DNA of 64,000 nt from assembly GCA_964413425.1 (NCBI GenBank), contig CAYPST010000001.1:25942-89941 (forward strand), written 5' to 3'. The translations under genes were made by a program, and so were the position numbers. The stretch's first letter is position 1, and every line of letters begins with the position of its first letter. Under the pieces are notes generated by a model. The model searched no databases and had not been told where the DNA came from. It saw only the letters and a list, made by a program, of their open reading frames with translations. This document shows, piece after piece, positions 1 to 9,059 of the stretch. The stretch comes from an uncultured bacterium. Its GTDB lineage: Bacteria; Fidelibacterota; JAANXI01.

Positions 1-48
1 GTCCCTCCTTTCTTATTAACGATTATGGTGGTTTTGTATATGCATATG

Positions 49-333
49 CTAGCTCAACGTTCCGTTAATCTCGTCTTTTAATACCTTGGACGCCTTAAAC
101 ACCGGCACCAGGCGTTCGGGGAGATATACCATTTCGCCGGTACCGGGGTTCCTGGCTTTTTTCGGCTTCCGCTTCTTGACGCTGAAACTCCCGAACCCCC
201 GGAATTCCACCCGCTCACCCTGTTTCAGGGACTCTTTCAGCTTATTCAAAAATCCCGTGACCACGGCTTCCGTTTCAACCTTGGTCAATCCGGTTGCTTC
301 CGAGATAATGTCGACCATATCAGACTTTGTCAC
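49..333 (-). CDS. HU family nucleoid DNA-binding protein
   Basis: 94-aa ORF; typical HU/IHF sequence (GFGSF beta-arm motif, basic C-terminal half); size and composition fit the bacterial histone-like family. Confidence 0.85.
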   Translation of the reverse strand: MTKSDMVDIISEATGLTKVETEAVVTGFLNKLKESLKQGERVEFRGFGSFSVKKRKPKKARNPGTGEMVYLPERLVPVFKASKVLKDEINGTLS

Positions 334-354
334 TGTTGTCTCCCGTTCAGTTGA

Positions 355-1233
355 TTATGGATACCGATACTCTAAAATAGGAACCTGGTACAATCGATCC
401 TTCAGTTGTTCCAGATCACCAAACAACACATCCCAGAGACGAAGCCGCCGTTCCCGGGATCTGACAATGGTTGGCTCTCCGGCGATTCCGGCCATCTCCG
501 CGGCCACCTGAATAGCCTGATGCAGGTCTCCCAGTTGATCAATCAGGCCATGCTCCATTGCCTGGGCTCCGGTGTAGACTCTGCCGTCTGCCAGTGTTCG
601 CACCGAATCAATATCCAGATGCCGTTCTTCGGCGACTGCAGTAATGAACTGTTCATACGTATTCATCACGATGGACGAAAAATACTGCCGGGTTTCTTCG
701 TCCCATTCGGAGTATGGGGCACCGGCATTTTTGAGGGGACCGCTGGTTACGCTGTGAAACTCGATCCCCAGGGTCTTCAACAACTTTGTCGTCTGGGGAA
801 AATCCATGAGCACGCCGATGCTTCCGGTGAGGGTGCCGGGATTTGCCAGAATGGAATCAGCCCCCAGCGCCAGATAATAGGCCCCCGACGCGGCCAGAGA
901 TCCCATGGACACCACAATCGGCTTTTCGGTTGCCCGGGCCCGCTTCACGCCTTCATACATTTCCTGGGAAGCGGCCACAACGCCTCCGGGGCTTTCCACC
1001 CTGATGACAATGGCTTGCACCTCCTTTCTCTCCAGGTAGCGATCCAATCGCTCCAGGAACGGCTGGGCATCCGTGATCATCCCTTTCATCGAAATCACCG
1101 CCACATCCCCTTCACCGGTGATGAACCGTTGATCCGCCGGGGGACGGAAAAAGCTGAACGCCGTCCATACCAGAAAGAGCACCAGGATCACTAAGATGAC
1201 CCCGACTACGACATCGGAGGGACGTTTCGCCAT
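355..1233 (-). CDS. sppA: signal peptide peptidase SppA (36K type, ClpP/crotonase fold)
   Basis: 292 aa; N-terminal TM helix followed by an SppA/S49 peptidase core (GGVVAASQEMY..., SMGSLAASGAYY). Confidence 0.8.
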   Translation of the reverse strand: MAKRPSDVVVGVILVILVLFLVWTAFSFFRPPADQRFITGEGDVAVISMKGMITDAQPFLERLDRYLERKEVQAIVIRVESPGGVVAASQEMYEGVKRARATEKPIVVSMGSLAASGAYYLALGADSILANPGTLTGSIGVLMDFPQTTKLLKTLGIEFHSVTSGPLKNAGAPYSEWDEETRQYFSSIVMNTYEQFITAVAEERHLDIDSVRTLADGRVYTGAQAMEHGLIDQLGDLHQAIQVAAEMAGIAGEPTIVRSRERRLRLWDVLFGDLEQLKDRLYQVPILEYRYP

Positions 1234-1238
1234 GGGCC

Positions 1239-3143
1239 CTAATTCACCATAATCCGGATGCGATCACCCGGTTTAATATTTCCGCTGGCGACTTCCGGAT
1301 TCCACTGTCTGAGAGAACTGAGCTCAACATCATACCGTCTGGCGATATCCCAGAGAGTGTCGCGGCTCTGTACCACATAGATCTGGTAGTCGCCGCCCTG
1401 GGAGGTCTGGGCGCTTGCCACCGGTGTTCCCTCAGCCTGCGCATTCTCCTGCGCCCCGGCAAACTGGCTGTCTTCCGGTACCCAGATATTCAGTCGATCT
1501 CCGGGATAGATATACTGTCCGTAATATAACCCGTTCCAGTTCCGAATGCTCTGGGCCCGCGTATTATACATCTCAGCGATTTCTCCGAGGGTATCGCCGC
1601 GTTTTACGATGTACACGAGTTTCTTATGCCCCGCCACGTTCTGAGGAATGGGCTGGGCGGACCGGGATGCGCTCGCCGTATTCCGGCTATACGATGGTGA
1701 CAGCGGAATGGTCAGCACATCTCCCACGTTAATCCAGTGACTGTTCCGGATATTGTTCACGCTGGTGATGGTCCCAACAGAAACACCGTATCTGTTTGCA
1801 ATGTAGGAGAGGGTCTGCCCCCACTGGACCCGATGCCTGACATATTCCAGTTCACCGGCTTCCGGAATTTCCTCCTGCACTGCCAGGAATTGTTCCCGGG
1901 TGCCCGCCGGTAATCTGAGCACATACGAATCCACATTGGTCGGAGTGGTGTATCGGCGTAATTCCGGATTCAATTCTTTGATAACGCCAACCGGTATGGA
2001 CATGGCGTCGGCAATATTATTCAGCTCGAATCCTTTCCCCACCTGTACGGTATCGGCGAGCCATTTTGGCTCGGGATCAATGGTAAATCCATACTCTTCC
2101 GGGTGGTTGGCAATGATGGTGGCCGCCAGGACGGTGGGCACATAATTCCGGGTCTGCCGGGGCAGCGTCCGCAGATTCCAGAAATCCCGGGTGTTCTCAC
2201 GCCGAATGGCCCGCCAGATTCTGCGTTCCCCGCTGTTATAGGCTGCCATTGCCAGATACCAATCGTCAAATTCGTGGTATAGTTTGGCGAGGAACTTTGC
2301 GGCGGCATGGGTGGATTTGACCGGATCATATCGTTCATCAACCCAATAGGTGCGTTCCAATCCGAATTTCTTGCCGGTGCTGGAAATGAATTGCCAGGGG
2401 CCGGCGGCGTAGGCATAGGAATACGCCCGAGGATTCAAGCCGCTTTCGATGAGTGCCAGATAAAACAACTCCGGCGGCAGATTATACTGGGCCAGAATCT
2501 CTCTAAAGAGATCTTCAAACCGATTCATGCGGTTCAGGTACGTTTGAAACTCGTCCCGCCGACGGGTCTGGAGAAAACGGATGATCCGCTCCACCTGCGC
2601 GTTGAGGATGATGGGGATGTGCCCTTCCCGGTCATCGAGCACCTTGAACTGCCCGTTTTCCCACTCTATCTCTTCAATGGGCTCCAGGAGGGAGATCTGT
2701 TCCTGGAGAGAGGCGGGTTTGTACCCATCGTCTTCTTCTTTGTTCTCGACGTAATGCACATAATCTTCGGTAATCTTTTGAGTGAACAGAATCGATTCAT
2801 CTTCAGTCCAGGGCTCAAGATTTTCGTACTCCTGCAGCTGCCGGAGATGCTCCAGCGCCGCTTCGAAATGGTACCGGGCACCGGTGGTATCATTGTCATA
2901 TACTGAAATCAGGGCATTGGAATATTGTATCTTTGCCTGATTTAACAAGTCCTCTTCGCCCGGTTGGGACTGTATCGAGTCGACTGCTCCCTCCGCTTTG
3001 GCAGCCATCAGACTATCCACCTGTTCATGTTGCTTCTGTGTACTTTCCTGTCCCGTATTCAGGTTGAATCTGGTGGCTGTGCACCCCAGAAGGACGCTAC
3101 TGATTACAACGGTCAGAATATACCTGGAGAATTTACTACCCAT
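1239..3143 (-). CDS. membrane-bound lytic murein transglycosylase (MltD-like) with C-terminal LysM repeats; lipoprotein
   Basis: 634 aa; lipobox LLGC at N-terminus; central SLT/transglycosylase domain (ESGLNPRAYSYAYAAGPWQF); at least three C-terminal LysM-like repeats (DTLGEIA..., DTLWDIARRY...). Confidence 0.8.
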   Translation of the reverse strand: MGSKFSRYILTVVISSVLLGCTATRFNLNTGQESTQKQHEQVDSLMAAKAEGAVDSIQSQPGEEDLLNQAKIQYSNALISVYDNDTTGARYHFEAALEHLRQLQEYENLEPWTEDESILFTQKITEDYVHYVENKEEDDGYKPASLQEQISLLEPIEEIEWENGQFKVLDDREGHIPIILNAQVERIIRFLQTRRRDEFQTYLNRMNRFEDLFREILAQYNLPPELFYLALIESGLNPRAYSYAYAAGPWQFISSTGKKFGLERTYWVDERYDPVKSTHAAAKFLAKLYHEFDDWYLAMAAYNSGERRIWRAIRRENTRDFWNLRTLPRQTRNYVPTVLAATIIANHPEEYGFTIDPEPKWLADTVQVGKGFELNNIADAMSIPVGVIKELNPELRRYTTPTNVDSYVLRLPAGTREQFLAVQEEIPEAGELEYVRHRVQWGQTLSYIANRYGVSVGTITSVNNIRNSHWINVGDVLTIPLSPSYSRNTASASRSAQPIPQNVAGHKKLVYIVKRGDTLGEIAEMYNTRAQSIRNWNGLYYGQYIYPGDRLNIWVPEDSQFAGAQENAQAEGTPVASAQTSQGGDYQIYVVQSRDTLWDIARRYDVELSSLRQWNPEVASGNIKPGDRIRIMVN

Positions 3144-3689
3144 AAGCCGTTCTCCCCTGCGCTTTTATTCGGTTCGCGAGATACATGAACCCCGGCACTA
3201 CCTCTGAATCTGAAAAAACAGAGGCTCCGCCGGGTGTCTCCTGGTTTCGCCCCGACCCGTCGGGGCAGATTGTTTTATCCTGAATAATTCGAAAAAAAAT
3301 AGCACACGCCGGTCGAAGGCCCGGCTCCTGACGGGAATGAACACAGAAACAACAAGCCTGCCCCGATACGTCGGGGATGAACACGGAACTCTCCCTGCCA
3401 CATCCCGGTGGAGCGGTCGCTCCGCCTCCGGGGAAGCATGAAGGCCAGAGATGGAGAGGTGTGCCCCAGCAGGGATACGGTGACTCCAATGATCTCCTGA
3501 GGCATCCCACGCTCCTCCTGCCATGCCGGCCCACAATCGCCCGGCTGGTGGGTTGGGAGCCTGGTTCTGTTTTTCATCTGTGGTCATCCCATGTTTCCGT
3601 GTATATCAGTGTGCTATTCTTGTCGTATTTATAATAATTCGGGTTATCTTGCCTGCAATAATATGTCGATATTTACCGGAATGCAATAC

Positions 3690-5024
3690 TTAGATCCCTT
3701 CTGAAGAAAAATTCCTGCCTTCCGTCCCCGTTTTTGACGGTTCACCCTCAGGCAGAGATGGTATCATGGGGCACGCATGACAACGCCCCTGTTCGCACCA
3801 GTGCTTCTGAAGATACAGGAATCCCTGCAGCCGAATCGGATGGATCCGACGCCCCGGGTACCGGCCCCGCCAGCGGGTGTTCCGGATAAATCTGACAATG
3901 CGTTGATACGGCGGTATCCATGGGAGATCCTGCACCCAGCTCCGGAGGGCCGGATACGCTTCCTCATTCTCAGTCAGCCAGAGAGGCAGCAGGCAGTTGA
4001 TAATCACTTCTACTGCCTGGGATCGTCCGATGGAGAGTGTCTTCTGATGAAAGAGATCGGCATATGTGGCGGGTACCGGCTTTCGCATCTGCAGCCGGTT
4101 CAGGAATTCCCGGGCGGTGAAGCTGCGGTGCCCCTCCCGGGAGAGGGCATACCACGTTTCGAAACCAGCAAAGAACAGATACAGACGGAACAGCGGATGA
4201 TTCATCGGCCGGGACAACAGCGGATGCCAATCGTAGTACCGGAAGCCCCGGAGATCAAAATCCGATGCCATGCGTTCCCACACGGGCGCCCGGCATTCGT
4301 AATATTCATCATATCCCAGCAAGCCAAGGAGGAACTCAAAGAGATGCTCCGCAGAAAGATGTGCCGCAATTTCCCGGGCCAGAGAAAAGGGGACCATGTC
4401 TGACAGCTGCTCCATCTGCCGATGATTCTGCCCGTAGCCCAGGCACCGAAGAATTTTCTTATACCAGAGAGTATGGGGTGGGCACTCTTCCCGCAGTCTC
4501 CCGAACCGCCCGGCCTTTTGCCGGATTCTCTTCCATCCGGCCTCCTGCAGAAGGTAATCCGCCCGGGAAACCGGATGGACCTGCCTGCATCGTCGCGAGC
4601 CGGGTGTGACCGGCGGATGATTCGAGACCCCGGTGAGGAGGATGGTATGCGCCGGGTAGTGCTTCAACCGTGACGGTTTTGTGGAATCACTGCGCGTGCC
4701 GACCACGTGCAATACGACCTCACGATATCGTTGATCGCTTTGATGACCATGCATCCACCAGCCGTCCTGCCGCAGATGGATTTCAACCGCCCCCCGGATC
4801 ACATCCTGTTCCGTGAGAATAATCGCATTCAAAAAATCCGGACCGGCATTCTTGTTGCAAATACCGCCTTCCAGTACCGTAATCTTCGATCCGGCAAGCG
4901 TGGTGAATTCTTTGGGAAAGGAGAGATCCTCCCAGTAACGCTGGTAATCCGCTTCCGTGGGCCGGATGTCGCAAACCCGTCCCCCGTGCGGAATTGGAAA
5001 CCCGGCTGATGCAGTTGACGTCAT
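3690..5024 (-). CDS. conserved hypothetical protein (DUF2851-like)
   Basis: 444-aa ORF with a 4-nt overlap onto plsC downstream; Cys/His-rich C-terminus (HACPMIPS); no recognisable catalytic motif; family assignment from memory only. Confidence 0.45.
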   Translation of the reverse strand: MTSTASAGFPIPHGGRVCDIRPTEADYQRYWEDLSFPKEFTTLAGSKITVLEGGICNKNAGPDFLNAIILTEQDVIRGAVEIHLRQDGWWMHGHQSDQRYREVVLHVVGTRSDSTKPSRLKHYPAHTILLTGVSNHPPVTPGSRRCRQVHPVSRADYLLQEAGWKRIRQKAGRFGRLREECPPHTLWYKKILRCLGYGQNHRQMEQLSDMVPFSLAREIAAHLSAEHLFEFLLGLLGYDEYYECRAPVWERMASDFDLRGFRYYDWHPLLSRPMNHPLFRLYLFFAGFETWYALSREGHRSFTAREFLNRLQMRKPVPATYADLFHQKTLSIGRSQAVEVIINCLLPLWLTENEEAYPALRSWVQDLPWIPPYQRIVRFIRNTRWRGRYPGRRIHPIRLQGFLYLQKHWCEQGRCHACPMIPSLPEGEPSKTGTEGRNFSSEGI

Positions 5025-5752
5025 GGGGACACCGGCTCTTTCGCCTGCTTATTTTTTGTTATGATTTCCCGGGTCATCCGGACAAGGTGTTCCCGGTCTT
5101 GCGCCTCGAACTCAGCCACTTCTATTGGTTTATCGACCAAAACGTCCACTTCTCCAGGCATGATAAACGAGGCCTTCTTCGGCGTCAGATACCGGCTGCC
5201 GAGAATAGTGACCGGCACAACAGGCAGCCCGGTTTGCTGGGCAAAGGCGAATCCCCCTTTTTTAAATGGTCTCAGCCGGCCGGTGGGAGATCGCGTTCCC
5301 TCGGGAAACACCACCACCGATACCCGCTGTCGGGGAATGCGCCGGGCTGCTTCGTTCAGGCTGGCAATGGCGCGTTCGGTATTCCTGCGATCCACTTTGA
5401 TGTATCCTCCCAGACTCAGTGCCCAGCCAAACAGGGGAATGCGAAATAATTCCTGCTTGGTCATGATGCGCAGCTGGTATGGCAAACTCCGGATTAACAC
5501 AGGGATATCCAGCGCACTTTCGTGGTTGGAGATAAACACATAGTTGGCTGTTCCGGATAAATGCTCCAATCCGGAGATATTTACCCGAACTCCGGAAAAG
5601 AATAAAATGGTTCTGGCCCAGAACCGGGCACAGGAGTGGGTGAAATAACCCCGCCGATCTATCAGGCCGAAGAGAACGGCGAACACCGCAGAAAAGAAAC
5701 TCCAGAAGACGACCCAGAATACGGTCCAGGTTGATCGAATCGTCTTTCGCAT
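5021..5752 (-). CDS. plsC: 1-acyl-sn-glycerol-3-phosphate acyltransferase (lysophospholipid acyltransferase)
   Basis: 243 aa; N-terminal TM helix; H(X4)D acyltransferase motif NHESALD; PEGTRS motif. Confidence 0.8.
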   Translation of the reverse strand: MRKTIRSTWTVFWVVFWSFFSAVFAVLFGLIDRRGYFTHSCARFWARTILFFSGVRVNISGLEHLSGTANYVFISNHESALDIPVLIRSLPYQLRIMTKQELFRIPLFGWALSLGGYIKVDRRNTERAIASLNEAARRIPRQRVSVVVFPEGTRSPTGRLRPFKKGGFAFAQQTGLPVVPVTILGSRYLTPKKASFIMPGEVDVLVDKPIEVAEFEAQDREHLVRMTREIITKNKQAKEPVSP

Positions 5753-5770
5753 AATGGATGCACCTGGGAA

Positions 5771-6328
5771 TTATTCCTTCACGAGTTGGGCAACCCGGGC
5801 AAGGTGTTCGGCCCTCTCCAGGCGGAACAGGGCTTCTTCCAGACTGCCTCCTATGGATAGAGCGCCGTGACGGGCCAGAATCCCAACCACGGATCCTTTC
5901 AGACTCTCTGCCACCGTTTGCGCAAACTGCTCGGTGCCGGGCTCTTCCGCAGAAATCACTGCCAGCTCTCCCACTGTTTCAGCGGTTTCGAACAGCAGAC
6001 CGGCATCCGGCGATTCGCCTCGAACCCCCCAGGCAGTCAGATAGACGGGGTGAGCGTGCACCACCGCCTGAACATCGGGATGGCTCTGATAGATAGCCGT
6101 ATGCATCCGCCACTCCGATGAGGCCCGGCGGGACACGCCTTCTCCGCTGAGATCGACCCGGACCAGATCCCGGGGCTTGAGCTGTTCTTTCCGCACCCCG
6201 GTCGGTGTGATGAGCATCGTCTGCTCATCCACGCGAACGCTGCAATTCCCGTCGCTGGCAGGCATCATACCCAGGCCGCTCAGTCTCCGACAGGTTTCAA
6301 CCAGTTGATATTCTTGTTCTCGCGCCAT
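5771..6328 (-). CDS. class II aldolase/adducin-family protein
   Basis: 185 aa; class II aldolase fold signatures (HTAIY...VVHAHP metal-binding histidines). Confidence 0.65.
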   Translation of the reverse strand: MAREQEYQLVETCRRLSGLGMMPASDGNCSVRVDEQTMLITPTGVRKEQLKPRDLVRVDLSGEGVSRRASSEWRMHTAIYQSHPDVQAVVHAHPVYLTAWGVRGESPDAGLLFETAETVGELAVISAEEPGTEQFAQTVAESLKGSVVGILARHGALSIGGSLEEALFRLERAEHLARVAQLVKE

Positions 6329-7596
6329 TATTGTAATATAGTGGATCCGAGGTATGGCTTCAATACCTCAGGGAGTGTCACGGTCCCTTCTTCTGTTTGA
6401 TGGGTTTCCAGCAGCGCCACCAATAATCTGGCGGTGGCCACCCCCGATCCATTCAGCGTATGCACGTATTCCACGTTTCTGGTGGATCTGCGGCGAAAGC
6501 GGATATTCGCGCGTCGCGCCTGAAAATCTTCAAAATTACTGCAGCTGGATACCTCCAGCCATTTCTCTTCACCCGGAGCCCAGATTTCCAGATCGTAACA
6601 CTTGGCAGCGGCGAAGCTTAAGTCTCCGGTACTCAGGTTGAGTACCCGATAAGGAATTTCCAGCGCCTGCAAAATCGCTTCGGCATTACCGGTGAGTTCT
6701 TCTAATACGGCATATGAGGATTCGGGCCGGACAATTTCCACCATTTCCACCTTATTAAACTGATGCATTCGCAAAAAACCGCGGGTTTCCCGGCCATGGC
6801 TCCCGGCTTCTCTGCGAAAACAGGGGGTATAGGCCACATACCGCAGGGGTAGCTCATCTTCCGGAAGAATCTCATCGGCACGGATGTTGGTCACCGGCAC
6901 TTCGCCGGTGGGAATCAGAAAGAGGTCATCCTTTTTCGTATTGTACATGTCTTCTTCCAGCTTCGGCAGCTGGCCGGTATGCTGCATGGCATCCCGGGAC
7001 ACCAGCAGCGGCGGAAGCACTTCGGTATACCCGTGGTGCCGGACGTGGTAATCGACCATAAAATCAATCAGCGCCCGCTCCAGTTTTGCCCCCGGTCCCG
7101 TATATAACGGAAACCCTGTCCCGCTGATTTTTGCCGCCCGGGTGAGATCGAACAGCTCCAGCGACTCCCCCAGCTCAAGATGGTTCCTGGGAGCAAATCC
7201 GAATTCCGGTGTCGCACCCCATTCCCGCACCACTTCATTGGCGGATTCGTCTTTTCCGACCGGTACCGTTTCGTGCGGGACATTAGGCACTTGAAGCAGC
7301 AGGGTGTCCAGCTCAGTCTCCAGGTCACCGATTTGTGCGTCGAACTCACGGATTTCTTCCGCCACGTCCCGCATGGCTGCAATCTGTTCGGAGGCGTCCT
7401 CTCCGGCTTTCTTCTTCTGGCCGATATCCTCCGAAACCACGTTCCGATGGTGCTTCATCTGATTCACTTTGTTCAACAGGTTGCGCCGCTGCTCGTCCAG
7501 CCGGAGGACTGCATCAAAATCCACCTGCTCGTTTTTGTGTCGGGTTGCCTGCCGGAATTTGTCCGGATCCTCACGGAGCTCCTTGATATCAATCAT
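6328..7596 (-). CDS. serS: serine--tRNA ligase
   Basis: 422 aa; N-terminal coiled-coil arm; class II aaRS core motifs (FRRE, GSGxxR region). Confidence 0.9.
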   Translation of the reverse strand: MIDIKELREDPDKFRQATRHKNEQVDFDAVLRLDEQRRNLLNKVNQMKHHRNVVSEDIGQKKKAGEDASEQIAAMRDVAEEIREFDAQIGDLETELDTLLLQVPNVPHETVPVGKDESANEVVREWGATPEFGFAPRNHLELGESLELFDLTRAAKISGTGFPLYTGPGAKLERALIDFMVDYHVRHHGYTEVLPPLLVSRDAMQHTGQLPKLEEDMYNTKKDDLFLIPTGEVPVTNIRADEILPEDELPLRYVAYTPCFRREAGSHGRETRGFLRMHQFNKVEMVEIVRPESSYAVLEELTGNAEAILQALEIPYRVLNLSTGDLSFAAAKCYDLEIWAPGEEKWLEVSSCSNFEDFQARRANIRFRRRSTRNVEYVHTLNGSGVATARLLVALLETHQTEEGTVTLPEVLKPYLGSTILQ

Positions 7597-7682
7597 ACCA
7601 TATTACCATCAGCTTTTGTGATACATTTATCTGCTGTAGCCACCAGCCAAATATAGGAAATAATGGGAAAATAAATAAATGC

Positions 7683-8777
7683 TTAAGCGAAGTAAGCATT
7701 GACCGTATCAATCACCCTTTGCCGGTCGGTTTCGGGCATCTCCGGATAAATAGGCAGGGAAAGAATATGTGCGGCCACCTCCTCGGAAACCGGGAGTCCC
7801 GCAGTTTGTCCGACCTGCCGGAAGGCTGGTTGGTGATGCAGGGGAATGGGATAATGGATAGCAGTCGGGATATCATGCTCCTGCAAATAATCCCGTACAT
7901 CATCCCGATTCGGCACCTGAATCGAAAATTGATGGAAGACATGGGTGTTCCCGGGAAGAATTTCAGGGAGCGTGATCTCCTCCGGTATGATTTCGCGTTT
8001 ATACTCCTCTGCAATAGCGGCTCTCCCGGCATTCCACTGTTTCAAATACGGAAGTTTGACTCGTAGAACCGCTGCCTGCAGTGCATCCAGACGACTGTTC
8101 ACCCCCAATGTTTCATGCTGATACTTCACCCGGGATCCGTGCTTGGTTATCATGCGGAGCCTCTCCGCCACTTCCGCCTCATGGGTGACCATCATGCCTC
8201 CGTCACCGTACGCCCCCAAATTCTTGCTGGGAAAGAAACTGATGCATCCGACATCACCGAAGGTCCCGGCATATCCCCCGTTACGGGTGGCTCCGATCGC
8301 CTGGGCCGTGTCTTCGATCACCACCAGGTCATGCCGGCGGGCGATCTCCAGAATCTCCTCCATATCTGCGCACTGTCCATAGAGATGCACGGGAATGATA
8401 GCCCGGGTATTTTCAGTGATGGCATCTTCGATGGCTGCCGGATCGATGGTATAGCTCACCGGATCGATATCGACGTAGACCGGCGTGGCACCCAGCAGGG
8501 CGACAACCTCCACCGTGGCCACAAAAGTGAACGCGGTGGTGATCACTTCGTCGCCCCGGCCGATATCATACGCCATTAGCGCAATCTGGAGGGCATCCGT
8601 TCCGGAAGCGCACCCCACGGCATATTCGATGTCCAGAAAGTCAGCCATTTCTTCTTCCAGAGTCTGGAGCTCCGGGCCCATAACAAAATAGCCGGAATCC
8701 AACACCCGTTGAATAGCGGCATCCATCTCGGGCTTCAGGTGCTTGTACTGTGCTACCAGATCAAGAAATTGCATCAT
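7683..8777 (-). CDS. DegT/DnrJ/EryC1/StrS family PLP-dependent sugar aminotransferase (WbpE-like)
   Basis: 364 aa; AAT fold I sugar aminotransferase signatures (ISFFPSKNLGAYGDGG with the catalytic Lys). Confidence 0.85.
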   Translation of the reverse strand: MMQFLDLVAQYKHLKPEMDAAIQRVLDSGYFVMGPELQTLEEEMADFLDIEYAVGCASGTDALQIALMAYDIGRGDEVITTAFTFVATVEVVALLGATPVYVDIDPVSYTIDPAAIEDAITENTRAIIPVHLYGQCADMEEILEIARRHDLVVIEDTAQAIGATRNGGYAGTFGDVGCISFFPSKNLGAYGDGGMMVTHEAEVAERLRMITKHGSRVKYQHETLGVNSRLDALQAAVLRVKLPYLKQWNAGRAAIAEEYKREIIPEEITLPEILPGNTHVFHQFSIQVPNRDDVRDYLQEHDIPTAIHYPIPLHHQPAFRQVGQTAGLPVSEEVAAHILSLPIYPEMPETDRQRVIDTVNAYFA

Positions 8778-9059
8778 CAGGTTCCTTCTCCGTTTCTATT
8801 TTTTCCGTCTCTCAATGTCGATATGCTTTATGAACATGTCTGCTGACTTACCTTCCCCATTCGCATAGAGCTTCCCCAAAATGATCCGCCCGGACTACTC
8901 CGGCATCAGAAAAATCATGCTCTTTTTTGTGCTGTTTTGACGGCTTTGACTGACACTACTTCTTCATCACTTTATTTTAGATTATCTGTGGTCATCTGTG
9001 TGCACCAGTGGCCGATATCCGTGTCGCATGCAATACAGTGTTTCGCGCACCGGCCGCTC

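Noticed and set aside
406-1194. 262-aa plus-strand ORF opposite sppA, and similar long antisense ORFs opposite tsaD, the VWA gene, S1, the OMPs and others
   Set aside because: High-GC genomes give long spurious ORFs on the antisense strand. Each overlaps a gene with clear family motifs, and none has independent support.
3301-3380. RNase P RNA-like strings (GAAGGCCCGGCUCC; ACAGAAACAACAAGCCUGCC)
   Set aside because: The two motifs are only about 20 nt apart, whereas the bacterial RNase P P4-to-CR-III distance is at least 55 nt. The GGUGAAA/GGUAAGAGCGCACC regions are absent, and no 350-nt structure can be accommodated. Treated as chance similarity pending a covariance-model scan.
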